Source of the DNA: a virus | Taxonomy: Duplodnaviria > Caudoviricetes | Length of the DNA stretch: 64,000 nucleotides | Reading direction: 5' to 3' (one strand) | IMG/VR virus record: IMGVR_UViG_3300006903_000002 | Coordinates: 1,494 to 65,493 of that record | In this document: piece by piece, positions 54,424 through 62,465 of the stretch | Layout: each line of letters begins with the position of its first letter | Numbering within the stretch: the first letter of the stretch is position 1 | Notes under the pieces: generated by a model | Told to the model about the DNA's origin: nothing | What the model saw: the letters and a program-made list of their open reading frames with translations, nothing else | The model's database searches: none | Position numbers and translations under genes: made by a program

Positions 54424-54802
54424 TCTTTATGCCTTTACATGATTGGCGTGAAGGGGTCGAATTCTTCAAGCTGTTTATTCGTAATGCCATAACGTTGGGC
54501 GGCCTCACGAATTTCGTCCTCAGCACGAATCACCCGCGACTCAGGCAATTCGGTAGTTTGGAAGCCCTTCAAAAACGTCTCAATGATGCGACTATTATGC
54601 AGCATCACATCACTTTGCCCACGAATCGTGTCGCACAACTCACTCACGATGTGGACGACAACTTCTCTATCACGTTGTTTCTCCTCCCGCCACACGCGGA
54701 TGGGATTGAACGTAAATAAGAAGTTACGCACAGTGAGTAAGAATTTACGCATCTTGCGTACTAAGTGCTGTGTAGTCATGGGGGAGCATCTCAACTCGCA
54801 TC

Positions 54803-55096
54803 TTACTTACTCACATTCGTACCGCTTCCGCCCCGCTTCTCACTTCCCCCACCCTCAAAGATGTTGGTGTAGGAAATGTTTGTGCCGCCCTTCGGGAATT
54901 GGCCTCCCGCCTTTGACGTTGAAGGGTCGCTATTCGACATACTCGGGAAGTCATGCTCACTCACATCCCCTGCATTATCACTGTTCCAATCGAAGGTTGC
55001 AGGCGGTGTTTCTCCTGTCCATAGGTTTCCGGGGTCAGGAGGGTTGAAGTTGCCACTCCCACTCTTCTCTGCACTCTTGCTGTCCCATGCGCTCAT
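54803..55096 (-). CDS. Gly/Ser-rich hypothetical protein
   Basis: SD AGGAG; TAATG coupling. Confidence 0.6.
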   Translation of the reverse strand: MSAWDSKSAEKSGSGNFNPPDPGNLWTGETPPATFDWNSDNAGDVSEHDFPSMSNSDPSTSKAGGQFPKGGTNISYTNIFEGGGSEKRGGSGTNVSK

Positions 55097-55278
55097 TAAT
55101 ATACTCCTTTAACGGCCCTATTTGTGGCCTCTTTCCTACTATCACTAAACTGCCTTCTCATTCTCATGTGACTTGCAAGCTGGCTGCTTGCAGGTTGAGA
55201 TGCCTTCGGGTCACTCAACTTGTAGGCAATCTTCCTCTCGTCCGCAGGCAAGTTTCTTTTCGGCTTCTCAAACAACAT
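55096..55278 (-). CDS. small basic protein
   Basis: Coupled start/stop; ends EATNRAVKG. Confidence 0.55.
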   Translation of the reverse strand: MLFEKPKRNLPADERKIAYKLSDPKASQPASSQLASHMRMRRQFSDSRKEATNRAVKGVY

Positions 55279-55502
55279 TATTGCCCTCGCACAGCGCGCG
55301 AAGTAGCCTCTTGACTAATGCTTGGATACTTCGCATGAACTCTCGCACGAATGCGTGCCTGTAACTCAGGACCCGCATTTTGTGCCGCTCTCGCAAGTGC
55401 GTTGCGCGCATGATTTTCGTCGTTAATTGGGTATGACCTGTCTGGACCCGCAAAAGTACTTTGCGGGAGGGCGTTTCTTTGTGCGGTTGTTAACTTGCTC
55501 AT
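55278..55502 (-). CDS. conserved small phage protein (DUF6582-like)
   Basis: RNALPQSTFAGPDRSYPINDENHARNALAR. Confidence 0.75.
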   Translation of the reverse strand: MSKLTTAQRNALPQSTFAGPDRSYPINDENHARNALARAAQNAGPELQARIRARVHAKYPSISQEATSRAVRGQ

Positions 55503-55575
55503 AACTTATGCTTTATACTGTAAAGGAGAAGGACAAAATAAGATGTAACCTTTGAAGTGGTTACATTCTTGGAGT

Positions 55576-55649
55576 TGGTGGACCACCCCGGATTCGCACC
55601 GGGACAACATCCTTGCAGGGGATGTATGCTACTGTTACATCAGTAGCCC
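55576..55649 (-). tRNA. tRNA-Ala(TGC)
   Basis: GGGCTAC/GTGGTCC-A-CCA with G3:U70; CATCC CC-TGC-AA GGATG. Confidence 0.9.
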
Positions 55650-55671
55650 ACAAAAGAGGATAGACGCGCGC

Positions 55672-55914
55672 TTATGTAGGACGTTCGTCCGGTTCGTTCA
55701 ATTCGTAGGTGGCGACGGTCTTGGCGCTCTCGTTCATCACGTAAATGATGCCGTATTCTATGTATGGAAGACCAGCGACGTTGATGGCATTGTAGTGCTC
55801 ATCATAGAAGTCCATGCGCTTCCTCATCGTCCGCGAACTCGGTTCTACTATGATGTGCCGCGCCTGAAAAATAGACTCACTGCCGGATGGATGAATAGCA
55901 CGAATAGTTAGCAT
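55672..55914 (-). CDS. hypothetical protein
   Basis: SD AAGGAG; IYVMNESAKTVATY. Confidence 0.7.
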   Translation of the reverse strand: MLTIRAIHPSGSESIFQARHIIVEPSSRTMRKRMDFYDEHYNAINVAGLPYIEYGIIYVMNESAKTVATYELNEPDERPT

Positions 55915-55949
55915 TTTGTCTCCTTCTGAATTGGCCTCTCGGCCTGCTT

Positions 55950-56023
55950 TGGAGCCAACGGGAGGAATCGAACCCCCATCACAGCCGTACAAAGGGTGGA
56001 TAATTCCATTATACTACGCTGGC
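55950..56023 (-). tRNA. tRNA-Thr(TGT)
   Basis: GCCAGCG/CGTTGGC-T-CCA; TT-TGT-AC loop; GGGGG TTCGATT CCTCC. Confidence 0.85.
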
Positions 56024-56026
56024 GAT

Positions 56027-56101
56027 TGGAGCGGAGCGTGGGAACTGCCCCCACAACTATTGGTTGGAAGCCAATGATGTTTCTAACTACACCAGCCCCG
56101 C
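56027..56101 (-). tRNA. tRNA-Gly(TCC)
   Basis: GCGGGGC/GCTCCGC-T-CCA; ATTGG CT-TCC-AA CCAAT. Confidence 0.88.
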
Positions 56102-56102
56102 A

Positions 56103-56447
56103 TCAAGTTCCCAACGAACTTGCCTTAACTTCCTTGCACGCTGCGTCCGTCACAACTGGCGGGCCATACAGTCCCGTGATGGATTCAGCCGCCTCATCAC
56201 TCAACTTGCTAACGAACACTCTAAAACCATCAATCGTGACAAGCACCTCACCGCTCAATGCATTAGCCGTTTCCGTAAACGCCTTGTGCACATTCTCTTC
56301 CGCCTTCACGCTCACGTCGTCTGCAAGAGCTATCTTGAGGGTTGCGGGGTGCTTATCCGCTGTGCAGGCGCGATACTCATGGTCTTTAGCAAAAGCTGTG
56401 CCACACAAAAGCAGCAGGAGGGGGAGGATGAAGAGAACTTTGCGCAT
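56103..56447 (-). CDS. exported hypothetical protein
   Basis: Signal peptide MRKVLFILPLLLLLCGTAFA. Confidence 0.65.
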   Translation of the reverse strand: MRKVLFILPLLLLLCGTAFAKDHEYRACTADKHPATLKIALADDVSVKAEENVHKAFTETANALSGEVLVTIDGFRVFVSKLSDEAAESITGLYGPPVVTDAACKEVKASSLGT

Positions 56448-56451
56448 TTTG

Positions 56452-56730
56452 TTATTTCCTGTCTTTTGAGCGTGAAGGCCACGCGGGACCATCGGAAGTG
56501 GATTGACCGCTACTTGGAAGCGAGCCGTTGGACAAGCCGCCTGCATCAAAGGACTTAGAGTCCCACCCGCTTGCGTTAGAGGGTGGTTTTGCACCCCCCT
56601 CATTTTCCCAAGAAAACTCCGCATCCTTATCATCCCCCACACCCATCACTCCGCAGGCGCGGTCACGAAATTGAGAAGGAGTCCACTCTTTTGACGAATA
56701 GGTTGAGTCTTTAGTATAGTTGTCAGCCAT
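56452..56730 (-). CDS. Gly/Ser-rich hypothetical protein
   Basis: ATG sits 6 nt after a consensus promoter. Confidence 0.65.
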   Translation of the reverse strand: MADNYTKDSTYSSKEWTPSQFRDRACGVMGVGDDKDAEFSWENEGGAKPPSNASGWDSKSFDAGGLSNGSLPSSGQSTSDGPAWPSRSKDRK

Positions 56731-56736
56731 GTTACA

Positions 56737-56765
56737 AGTATAACACCTTTCTAGGGTTGTGTCAA
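56737..56765 (-). promoter_or_regulatory. consensus sigma70 promoter, leaderless
   Basis: TTGACA-N17(ending TGT)-TATACT-N6-ATG. Confidence 0.8.
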
Positions 56766-56937
56766 ATAATTACTTTTTGCCGCTAACCGCCCGCTTAAGT
56801 GCTTCCTTATGAACATGATACGGCAAATTCTTCTGCCCCTTCGACTCACTGTCCCACTTACTCACTTCACTCGCACTCACGGGGCTGTTCGGGGAATGAA
56901 ACAATCCTTGCTGTGCTTGACTTAAATATGGCATTTT

Positions 56938-58566
56938 CTAATCCCAATCTTTGTAAACATTCTGTATCCTCTTCCCCTCAATCTGTTTCAAAATCTTCTG
57001 ATGGACAGTTTCTTCACGAATAGGCTCATCTTGCGGTTTGGGCGTCAACCACAAGCACTTGTTTGCACACAACGCCGTGACGGTCGCAAGGTCGTCATAC
57101 TGTCCGTTTGGGGCACTAATCTGCACCACCCCACCACTCGTCAATTTCTTCTCAAGCTGCCTCAATTCCTTCAACAATTCGCTATTGTCAAGAAGCTTTA
57201 TGCGTCTCTGATTCAATAACTGTTGCAACGACCCATATATCATAGCCTTATTACTTGCCTTAAAAGGGACTCCCTCTATAATGAATCCAAGGCGTAATGC
57301 AAGTTGTTGTAACGATTCTAAATGATATTGGTCACTATAAATAGTTACTATTTGATATGCGGAAAGAAGTGGAGCAATGTCCTTCAATACAGCGTCCGGG
57401 TTAAGTGGTCCTCTTGTATCTGCCTTATATCGTCTCACAACGTCTTGGATGACAAATCCATCTTCGTCTAAATGGAAGATGGAGAACGCGAAGGCGTCAT
57501 GGCGGAACGCGGGGTCAATTGCAGCCACGTAAGTGAACAACTGTGGCTGCGGTTCACGCTCAAACACCCCAATCATCGTAGCCTCTCGCAACAAACTGCT
57601 GGAAAGGAAGCCGCTGATTGAGTCTTGGAAGATGGCAAGACATTCGCGCTCAAACGCTTTCGGGTCACGGTCGCGCTCCTCCTCAAGGGACCCACGAGAC
57701 ACAAACGGATTCTGCATACTAGCCGTGGGGCTATGAATGATTACCATATTTCTAAACTGCCTTTTGAGGTACTGTGGGGCATTCACACCCTCAGTGCCCG
57801 CCTCATAATTCGTGAACAGCAACCCTTGTTTGTTGTAGGGGCTGCTGATGCCGACAATCAATCTATTTGGGAATTGAAGTTGTCCGGGTCGCACTCCACG
57901 GTAGATTTCATAGTCGGGGTTCGCGCTATCAGACTCCTGATACCATACACCCACCTCGTCCAACACAGCAACCGGATTGGCGAATCCGCGTGACGCCTTC
58001 AACGTGCAGGGGATGCACTTTATGATTAGATTGTTTTTGAGTCGAATCTCATCACGAATTGGAGGGCCATCAAGCAATTCCCTACCGGCAGGACTCCCCT
58101 CAATCGTAGCGAAAATGAAGTGCAAACTCATTGCGGCATTGCGTAGGTCCTGTGCGATTTGGAAGCAATATGCCTTCTGGCCGCGAGTGATATACTGCTC
58201 GTGCCCACCGAAACACGCCTCATACGCAACAATCGTGGACGCAAACCTGTCTGTCTTTCCGCCGCGTCGTCCTACAATCATCCAAGCTTCGTTATATTTC
58301 TTCGGCACATAACCCCTTGGCATGTCCACTTTCGTGCAATACCCAAGGTCGTCATATTGCGCGTTCCCCTGCTGCGCACTCCACACACTCAATTCCTCAC
58401 CTGACTCAATCGGCAGGCCATACAAGGTCTTCAACGCGACCTTTTGAGGGAGCGACAAACCATCTAAGTAGTTCTGTGCCTCTGTCCCATCCCACCTATC
58501 TCGCAGCAGGCGACGGTCCTTAATGGCAATTGAGAAGGGAATTCTTAAATCCACAACAAACACCAT
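56938..58566 (-). CDS. terL: terminase large subunit
   Basis: Walker A GRRGGKT, Walker B VLDE, ISSP, nuclease AIDPAF..D and YDDL. Confidence 0.93.
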   Translation of the reverse strand: MVFVVDLRIPFSIAIKDRRLLRDRWDGTEAQNYLDGLSLPQKVALKTLYGLPIESGEELSVWSAQQGNAQYDDLGYCTKVDMPRGYVPKKYNEAWMIVGRRGGKTDRFASTIVAYEACFGGHEQYITRGQKAYCFQIAQDLRNAAMSLHFIFATIEGSPAGRELLDGPPIRDEIRLKNNLIIKCIPCTLKASRGFANPVAVLDEVGVWYQESDSANPDYEIYRGVRPGQLQFPNRLIVGISSPYNKQGLLFTNYEAGTEGVNAPQYLKRQFRNMVIIHSPTASMQNPFVSRGSLEEERDRDPKAFERECLAIFQDSISGFLSSSLLREATMIGVFEREPQPQLFTYVAAIDPAFRHDAFAFSIFHLDEDGFVIQDVVRRYKADTRGPLNPDAVLKDIAPLLSAYQIVTIYSDQYHLESLQQLALRLGFIIEGVPFKASNKAMIYGSLQQLLNQRRIKLLDNSELLKELRQLEKKLTSGGVVQISAPNGQYDDLATVTALCANKCLWLTPKPQDEPIREETVHQKILKQIEGKRIQNVYKDWD

Positions 58567-58925
58567 TCACAATGGTCACATCCACAGTCTTCGGGATGCA
58601 TGAAAGGTCGCCACTTGTTCCAGCACAATTGGCACACCTTCAGAACTTCCCTATTTGCCGACAGGACGGCTGGATGAATGCCTTTACGTCGTCCGCAGTC
58701 ACTACACGCCAAACCCATAACCACTTTCGTTAGGTGTTTCCAGTCTTTCCGCTTGCGACAGCGGCTTGAATGTTCGTTCGGGCGCGGTTAATTGCTTCCT
58801 GCTCACTATCTGCGACTCCGCTCGCAACGTTTTTGTCGTTGGGGAAGGATGCTTCAAACTTCCCATCCTCACGCTTATGCACTCGCATAAACGACCCAAT
58901 CGTTCCATCAAGCTCATTCGAACTC

Positions 58926-59441
58926 CTATTCATCTTTCACCTCTTTCACTTCTGCATCCAATGAATTCTCTCTACGAATTTGGTCAAGGATACTCCCGCT
59001 CGTGCGGTGCTCAACAACTGATTTACCGCCGCTAACGAGCACTTGCATCCCTTGCAAAACATCCTTTGCAGCCTTGTAATTGCCTGCGTCTAATTCCGCA
59101 TTCAACACCCCTAGAGCCTTTGCGAGCATCTTGTCCGCAACCATCTCTCTCGCCAATTGAGTCAAATCATCCGCCCGAGCCTCCTGAAGGCGTTTTGCGA
59201 GGGTCGCCTTACTCATGTTGAACTCCTTCGCCAGTTGCTCTTGAGACACATTCGTAGCGATGCGTTTTGCGAGGATGAGACTCGACTGCATCCGCTTATC
59301 TTCTGTGATGCGAACCGGGTGTCCACGGTAGGCTTTCCGTTTGTTGTATTTTGTGCTGTCTCCCCCCTCATCGTTTTCGACAGCAAGATTGTTAGGATTA
59401 GACGCAATGTCTGGTACTAAGGGGAATTCAGGTGTGCTCAT
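58926..59441 (-). CDS. terminase small subunit candidate (HTH)
   Basis: SQEQLAKEFNMSKATL HTH; upstream of TerL. Confidence 0.55.
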   Translation of the reverse strand: MSTPEFPLVPDIASNPNNLAVENDEGGDSTKYNKRKAYRGHPVRITEDKRMQSSLILAKRIATNVSQEQLAKEFNMSKATLAKRLQEARADDLTQLAREMVADKMLAKALGVLNAELDAGNYKAAKDVLQGMQVLVSGGKSVVEHRTSGSILDQIRRENSLDAEVKEVKDE

Positions 59442-59447
59442 TCACTA

Positions 59448-59477
59448 ATGATAACACTTCACTACAAGCTGTGTCAA
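59448..59477 (-). promoter_or_regulatory. sigma70 promoter, leaderless, heading the packaging operon
   Basis: TTGACA-N18(ending TGT)-TATCAT-N6-ATG. Confidence 0.75.
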
Positions 59478-59479
59478 TA

Positions 59480-60190
59480 GCCAAACACTTAGACGCACTT
59501 AACTGAAACCACTTACGGGCCTTCGTCGTTAGTTGGTCAACCCGTATACTATTATAGGGTAATGACCAAGGGCGTGACCAAAAAATTAACTTGTTGAATC
59601 TAAAGCACTTAACACACTTGTGAGTTGGTTGGTCACGATATTTGGGTGTTGACCAACACACAACCACATCAAATTGTTAAGGAATTTGCACTCAAATTTG
59701 TTAGGAAATTCGTAGCGGGTGGCTGTAAGTGACAATTTGTACAAAAATAGTACAATTGTTATTCAAATTAGTCACTAATTGTGCCTGCAAATAAAAATTA
59801 ATAAAATTTTGTATGTTGGTTAGCTGATGCCCCCGCCCCGGGGTAGGGGGTCAAGGGTTGGCAACCAATGGATGAGCTAAATGGTCGAGCTTTGTGGTCG
59901 AGATAGAAGCTCTTCAATTGATTTTGACATGTCAAAGCCCACGGCAGAGGTTGTAGCTCGACTATAAGTCTTGAATTGTCAAAGATTTACGGCTGACGTA
60001 CGACGGCAGGCCATACCGGATGAGCTTATCCGCAGACTTGAGTCTCCCCCGCTCACATTCCGCAACCAATACACACCCTGTAGTGAAACAAGACACACGC
60101 ACAGATGAGATAGTGAAGGACATTACCTATGGAATGTACTTTGCGGGAAAAACGCCCGAAGACCTTGGAGTTTGATTGGTAAGGTGTTTT
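59480..60190. other. non-coding divergence region (candidate genome end / origin)
   Basis: Strand switch point; AT-rich 59670-59820 abutting CCCCCGCCCCGGGGTAGGGGG. Confidence 0.5.
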
Positions 60191-60233
60191 GACAGTGCGG
60201 CAAGAGCTTTGCAAGCAAAGAAGTGAACTGTTT

Positions 60234-60253
60234 TTGGTAAGCAAATTGCTTAC
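60234..60253 (+). promoter_or_regulatory. sigma54-like -24/-12 element
   Basis: TTGG-TAAGCAAATT-GCT (GG-N10-GC), then GGAGG and ATG 60278. Confidence 0.5.
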
Positions 60254-60277
60254 ATAACACAAACGGAGGCGTGCAGC

Positions 60278-60640
60278 ATGAAAACCTACACAATCGTGCG
60301 AAATGGCACAATCCACAAGCCGCAAGCAAGCAATGGGCACTATTGCGGTTTTGAGGCAACCTCAGACTATCCATACCGTGTTACGTTGACGGTCGAGGGT
60401 AGTTTGCAACCGCCCGACTATTTCATCCTAGCGAATGAGGAAATGGATGAGGTAGTGCAAAAGACGTTCGAACACGCTCCGGCAACCTCATGCGAGCACA
60501 TGGCTGACATGATGACAGACGCGATGTGCGCGCACATGCAGACCACGTATCCACAGTGGACAGTAACGTCCTGCAAGGCCGAATTGACAGGCACAAATGG
60601 CCTTGCACTCTTGTCTTGTCAATGGGATTTGACGAATTAG
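60278..60640 (+). CDS. hypothetical protein with weak QueD/PTPS (T-fold) resemblance
   Basis: YRVTLTVEG...FIL...V...FEH...SCEHMA; SD GGAGG. Confidence 0.45.
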   Translation: MKTYTIVRNGTIHKPQASNGHYCGFEATSDYPYRVTLTVEGSLQPPDYFILANEEMDEVVQKTFEHAPATSCEHMADMMTDAMCAHMQTTYPQWTVTSCKAELTGTNGLALLSCQWDLTN

Positions 60641-60698
60641 TCGCTTGCACAAATGGCAGGACAATTGCTATGGTCCTGCCATTGATGGAGGTTACTAA
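60638..60698 (+). promoter_or_regulatory. hairpin promoter cassette 1
   Basis: TTGCAC-N18-TATGGT; 11-bp inverted repeat; GGAGGTTAC. Confidence 0.7.
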
Positions 60699-60866
60699 AT
60701 GAAGCAATCGAATGAGAAGACACGGGAAATTCTGCGCAAGGCACTCAAACACACGATGCGCGTGCAGTGGGCAATCGACAGTCCACTAGTCGCGGCCGCG
60801 TCAGCGGAATACGTTGAGGCACTCAACGATGAGCTTGACAAGCTCAACGGCAAAATCAAGTCTTAG
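60699..60866 (+). CDS. 55-aa early protein
   Basis: MKQSNEKTREILRKAL...; between cassettes 1 and 2. Confidence 0.7.
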   Translation: MKQSNEKTREILRKALKHTMRVQWAIDSPLVAAASAEYVEALNDELDKLNGKIKS

Positions 60867-60924
60867 TCGCTTGCACACGAGGCACAAGGCGTGCTATGCT
60901 TTGTGCCTCGATTGGAGGTTACTA
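60864..60924 (+). promoter_or_regulatory. hairpin promoter cassette 2
   Basis: TTGCAC-N18-TATGCT; 10-bp inverted repeat; GGAGGTTAC. Confidence 0.7.
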
Positions 60925-61050
60925 ATGAAACAGAACAGTCGGCGAGACTTGGAGGCACACAAAACGCGACGGATGCGCGCGAGACGGCGATACCTGCGAG
61001 AGATGGCGCGCATCGTAGCGCAATTGACGAAAGAGAGGACACAACAGTGA
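60925..61050 (+). CDS. 41-aa Arg-rich early protein
   Basis: MKQNSRRDLEAHKTRRMRARRR; SD GGAGG. Confidence 0.6.
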   Translation: MKQNSRRDLEAHKTRRMRARRRYLREMARIVAQLTKERTQQ

Positions 61051-61340
61051 CCTATCGCATCTACACACAGCGATTCGACAACCTTGCAGAGCTTACAAGC
61101 AAGTTTTTCGACGGCTTTACGCTCATCAACACACAAGGTTACTGGATGGGACAAGCGGAAGACTCAACAATCATCGAGATAGTCGGCGATGATTCTGTAG
61201 CTGAGTTTTCGGACCCCATCTTACCGCGCATTGACGCTCTTGCAGAGCTTATCCGCGTCACAAATAGGCAACAGAGTGTCCTCATTACGACTGAGGCATC
61301 GACTGTGCGGTATCATTCGGCAGACAAACAAGCCGCATAA
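61047..61340 (+). CDS. SAM lyase (SAMase)/DUF3574-like early protein
   Basis: GFT.....GYW.G..EDS..IE...LA..I.....QQSVL; GTGA overlap, SD GAGG. Confidence 0.6.
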   Translation: MTYRIYTQRFDNLAELTSKFFDGFTLINTQGYWMGQAEDSTIIEIVGDDSVAEFSDPILPRIDALAELIRVTNRQQSVLITTEASTVRYHSADKQAA

Positions 61341-61342
61341 CT

Positions 61343-61360
61343 TTGGTATATAATGTGCAT
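61343..61360 (+). promoter_or_regulatory. sigma54-like -24/-12 element
   Basis: TTGG-TATATAATGT-GCAT, then GGAGG and ATG 61385. Confidence 0.5.
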
Positions 61361-61384
61361 AACCAATGAACGGAGGCACAAACG

Positions 61385-61582
61385 ATGAGTGAACGTCAAC
61401 GGTGGAGTAGGGCGGTCAAGGCATTCCATAAGGGACTGACCGAACCGACAAACAAGCGACACGGGAAAAACCTCATCCATCTTTTCCTGCTCAGCTTGAT
61501 TGTTGTTCAGCTTATCCTTACGGGAGGTTCGATGGATGCATGGTTGTTTGTGCTCGTTGGCGTGAATGAAGTAAGGGCGTAA
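61385..61582 (+). CDS. small membrane protein
   Basis: SD GGAGG; hydrophobic C-terminal half. Confidence 0.6.
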   Translation: MSERQRWSRAVKAFHKGLTEPTNKRHGKNLIHLFLLSLIVVQLILTGGSMDAWLFVLVGVNEVRA

Positions 61583-61643
61583 GCCGCTTGCACAAAACGC
61601 ACAATTCGTATGTGATTGTGCGTTTGATGGAGGTTACTTTACA
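61580..61643 (+). promoter_or_regulatory. hairpin promoter cassette 3
   Basis: CGCTTGCACA; 11-bp inverted repeat; GATGGAGGTTAC; -10 box weak. Confidence 0.65.
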
Positions 61644-61913
61644 ATGTCTGACGACAATAAGGCGTTTGACGCGGAACTACTCGCGTGGTTGGGCGAGAAT
61701 GAGACAGACCCACGGCACGACGAGGTAGAGCTTTCAGCACATCCATTCGTCGTAGTGTCAAGGCCGTTTTCAGACCTACATGTTCATGAGGCACACCGTT
61801 TTGCTAACGCTGCAAACGCCTATGCGTTCCGCGAGCGCGCGCACGGTGTGCTGTGGTTCGAGACTCCGTTGAAGGCGTTCATCTTGGACGATGGGCAGGA
61901 CTGGAAAGTATGA
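61644..61913 (+). CDS. early hypothetical protein
   Basis: SD GGAGG. Confidence 0.65.
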   Translation: MSDDNKAFDAELLAWLGENETDPRHDEVELSAHPFVVVSRPFSDLHVHEAHRFANAANAYAFRERAHGVLWFETPLKAFILDDGQDWKV

Positions 61914-62161
61914 CACACAAACAACTTCGACGGCAATTGCTCAGCTTGATGCGCGCGTCCGGGCGGGATTGGACTGGATTTGCGCGCATACTTGAGACGA
62001 TGGGCGACATTGCAGAACATTCGCAGGATAAGCTCATCAGACGGGCGGCGAGCGGAATCCAAAGGACGCTAACGGGCGTCGAAGAGGGAGGACAATTCAT
62101 AGCAGTCGATTTTCACGACAAACGCACAGCACGACAATTGGACGCTGCATATCTGAAGTGA
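61910..62161 (+). CDS. early hypothetical protein
   Basis: ATGA overlap. Confidence 0.6.
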   Translation: MTHKQLRRQLLSLMRASGRDWTGFARILETMGDIAEHSQDKLIRRAASGIQRTLTGVEEGGQFIAVDFHDKRTARQLDAAYLK

Positions 62162-62166
62162 TTCGG

Positions 62167-62184
62167 TTGGCATAAGATGTGCAT
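62167..62184 (+). promoter_or_regulatory. sigma54-like -24/-12 element
   Basis: TTGGCA-TAAGATGT-GCAT. Confidence 0.5.
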
Positions 62185-62348
62185 TAGGGAGGCAATGTGA
62201 ACATCTACGGAATCATACAAGCATAGTTTGTAGGATAGCAGTAGAGGGAGGTAGCGTTATGGAGATTCTTCAGGATGTTGCGTGGGGCAGTCGTTACATT
62301 ATCGTTGACGGCAAGCGGGTTTACGTTCGATAGCGTCCGCGATACACG

Positions 62349-62459
62349 CCCTGCGGGAGTGGGGTTTGCTTGAGCGTTAGGCGACCGTAAGGAAGCCTGT
62401 AAAAACAGCCGCAGACGGGAGGACTGCGGGATACAAGTTAAGTCCTCCCGCAGGGGAGG
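62349..62459 (+). ncRNA. structured leader with alternative SD-sequestering helices
   Basis: Competing stems around CCTCCC; GNRA-capped tandem-GA hairpin. Confidence 0.5.
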
Positions 62460-62465
62460 TTGTTT

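Noticed and set aside
54803-56730. Paralogy of the two Gly/Ser-rich small proteins (shared WDSKS, F.W and AGG)
   Set aside because: The matches are short, in different order and within low-complexity sequence
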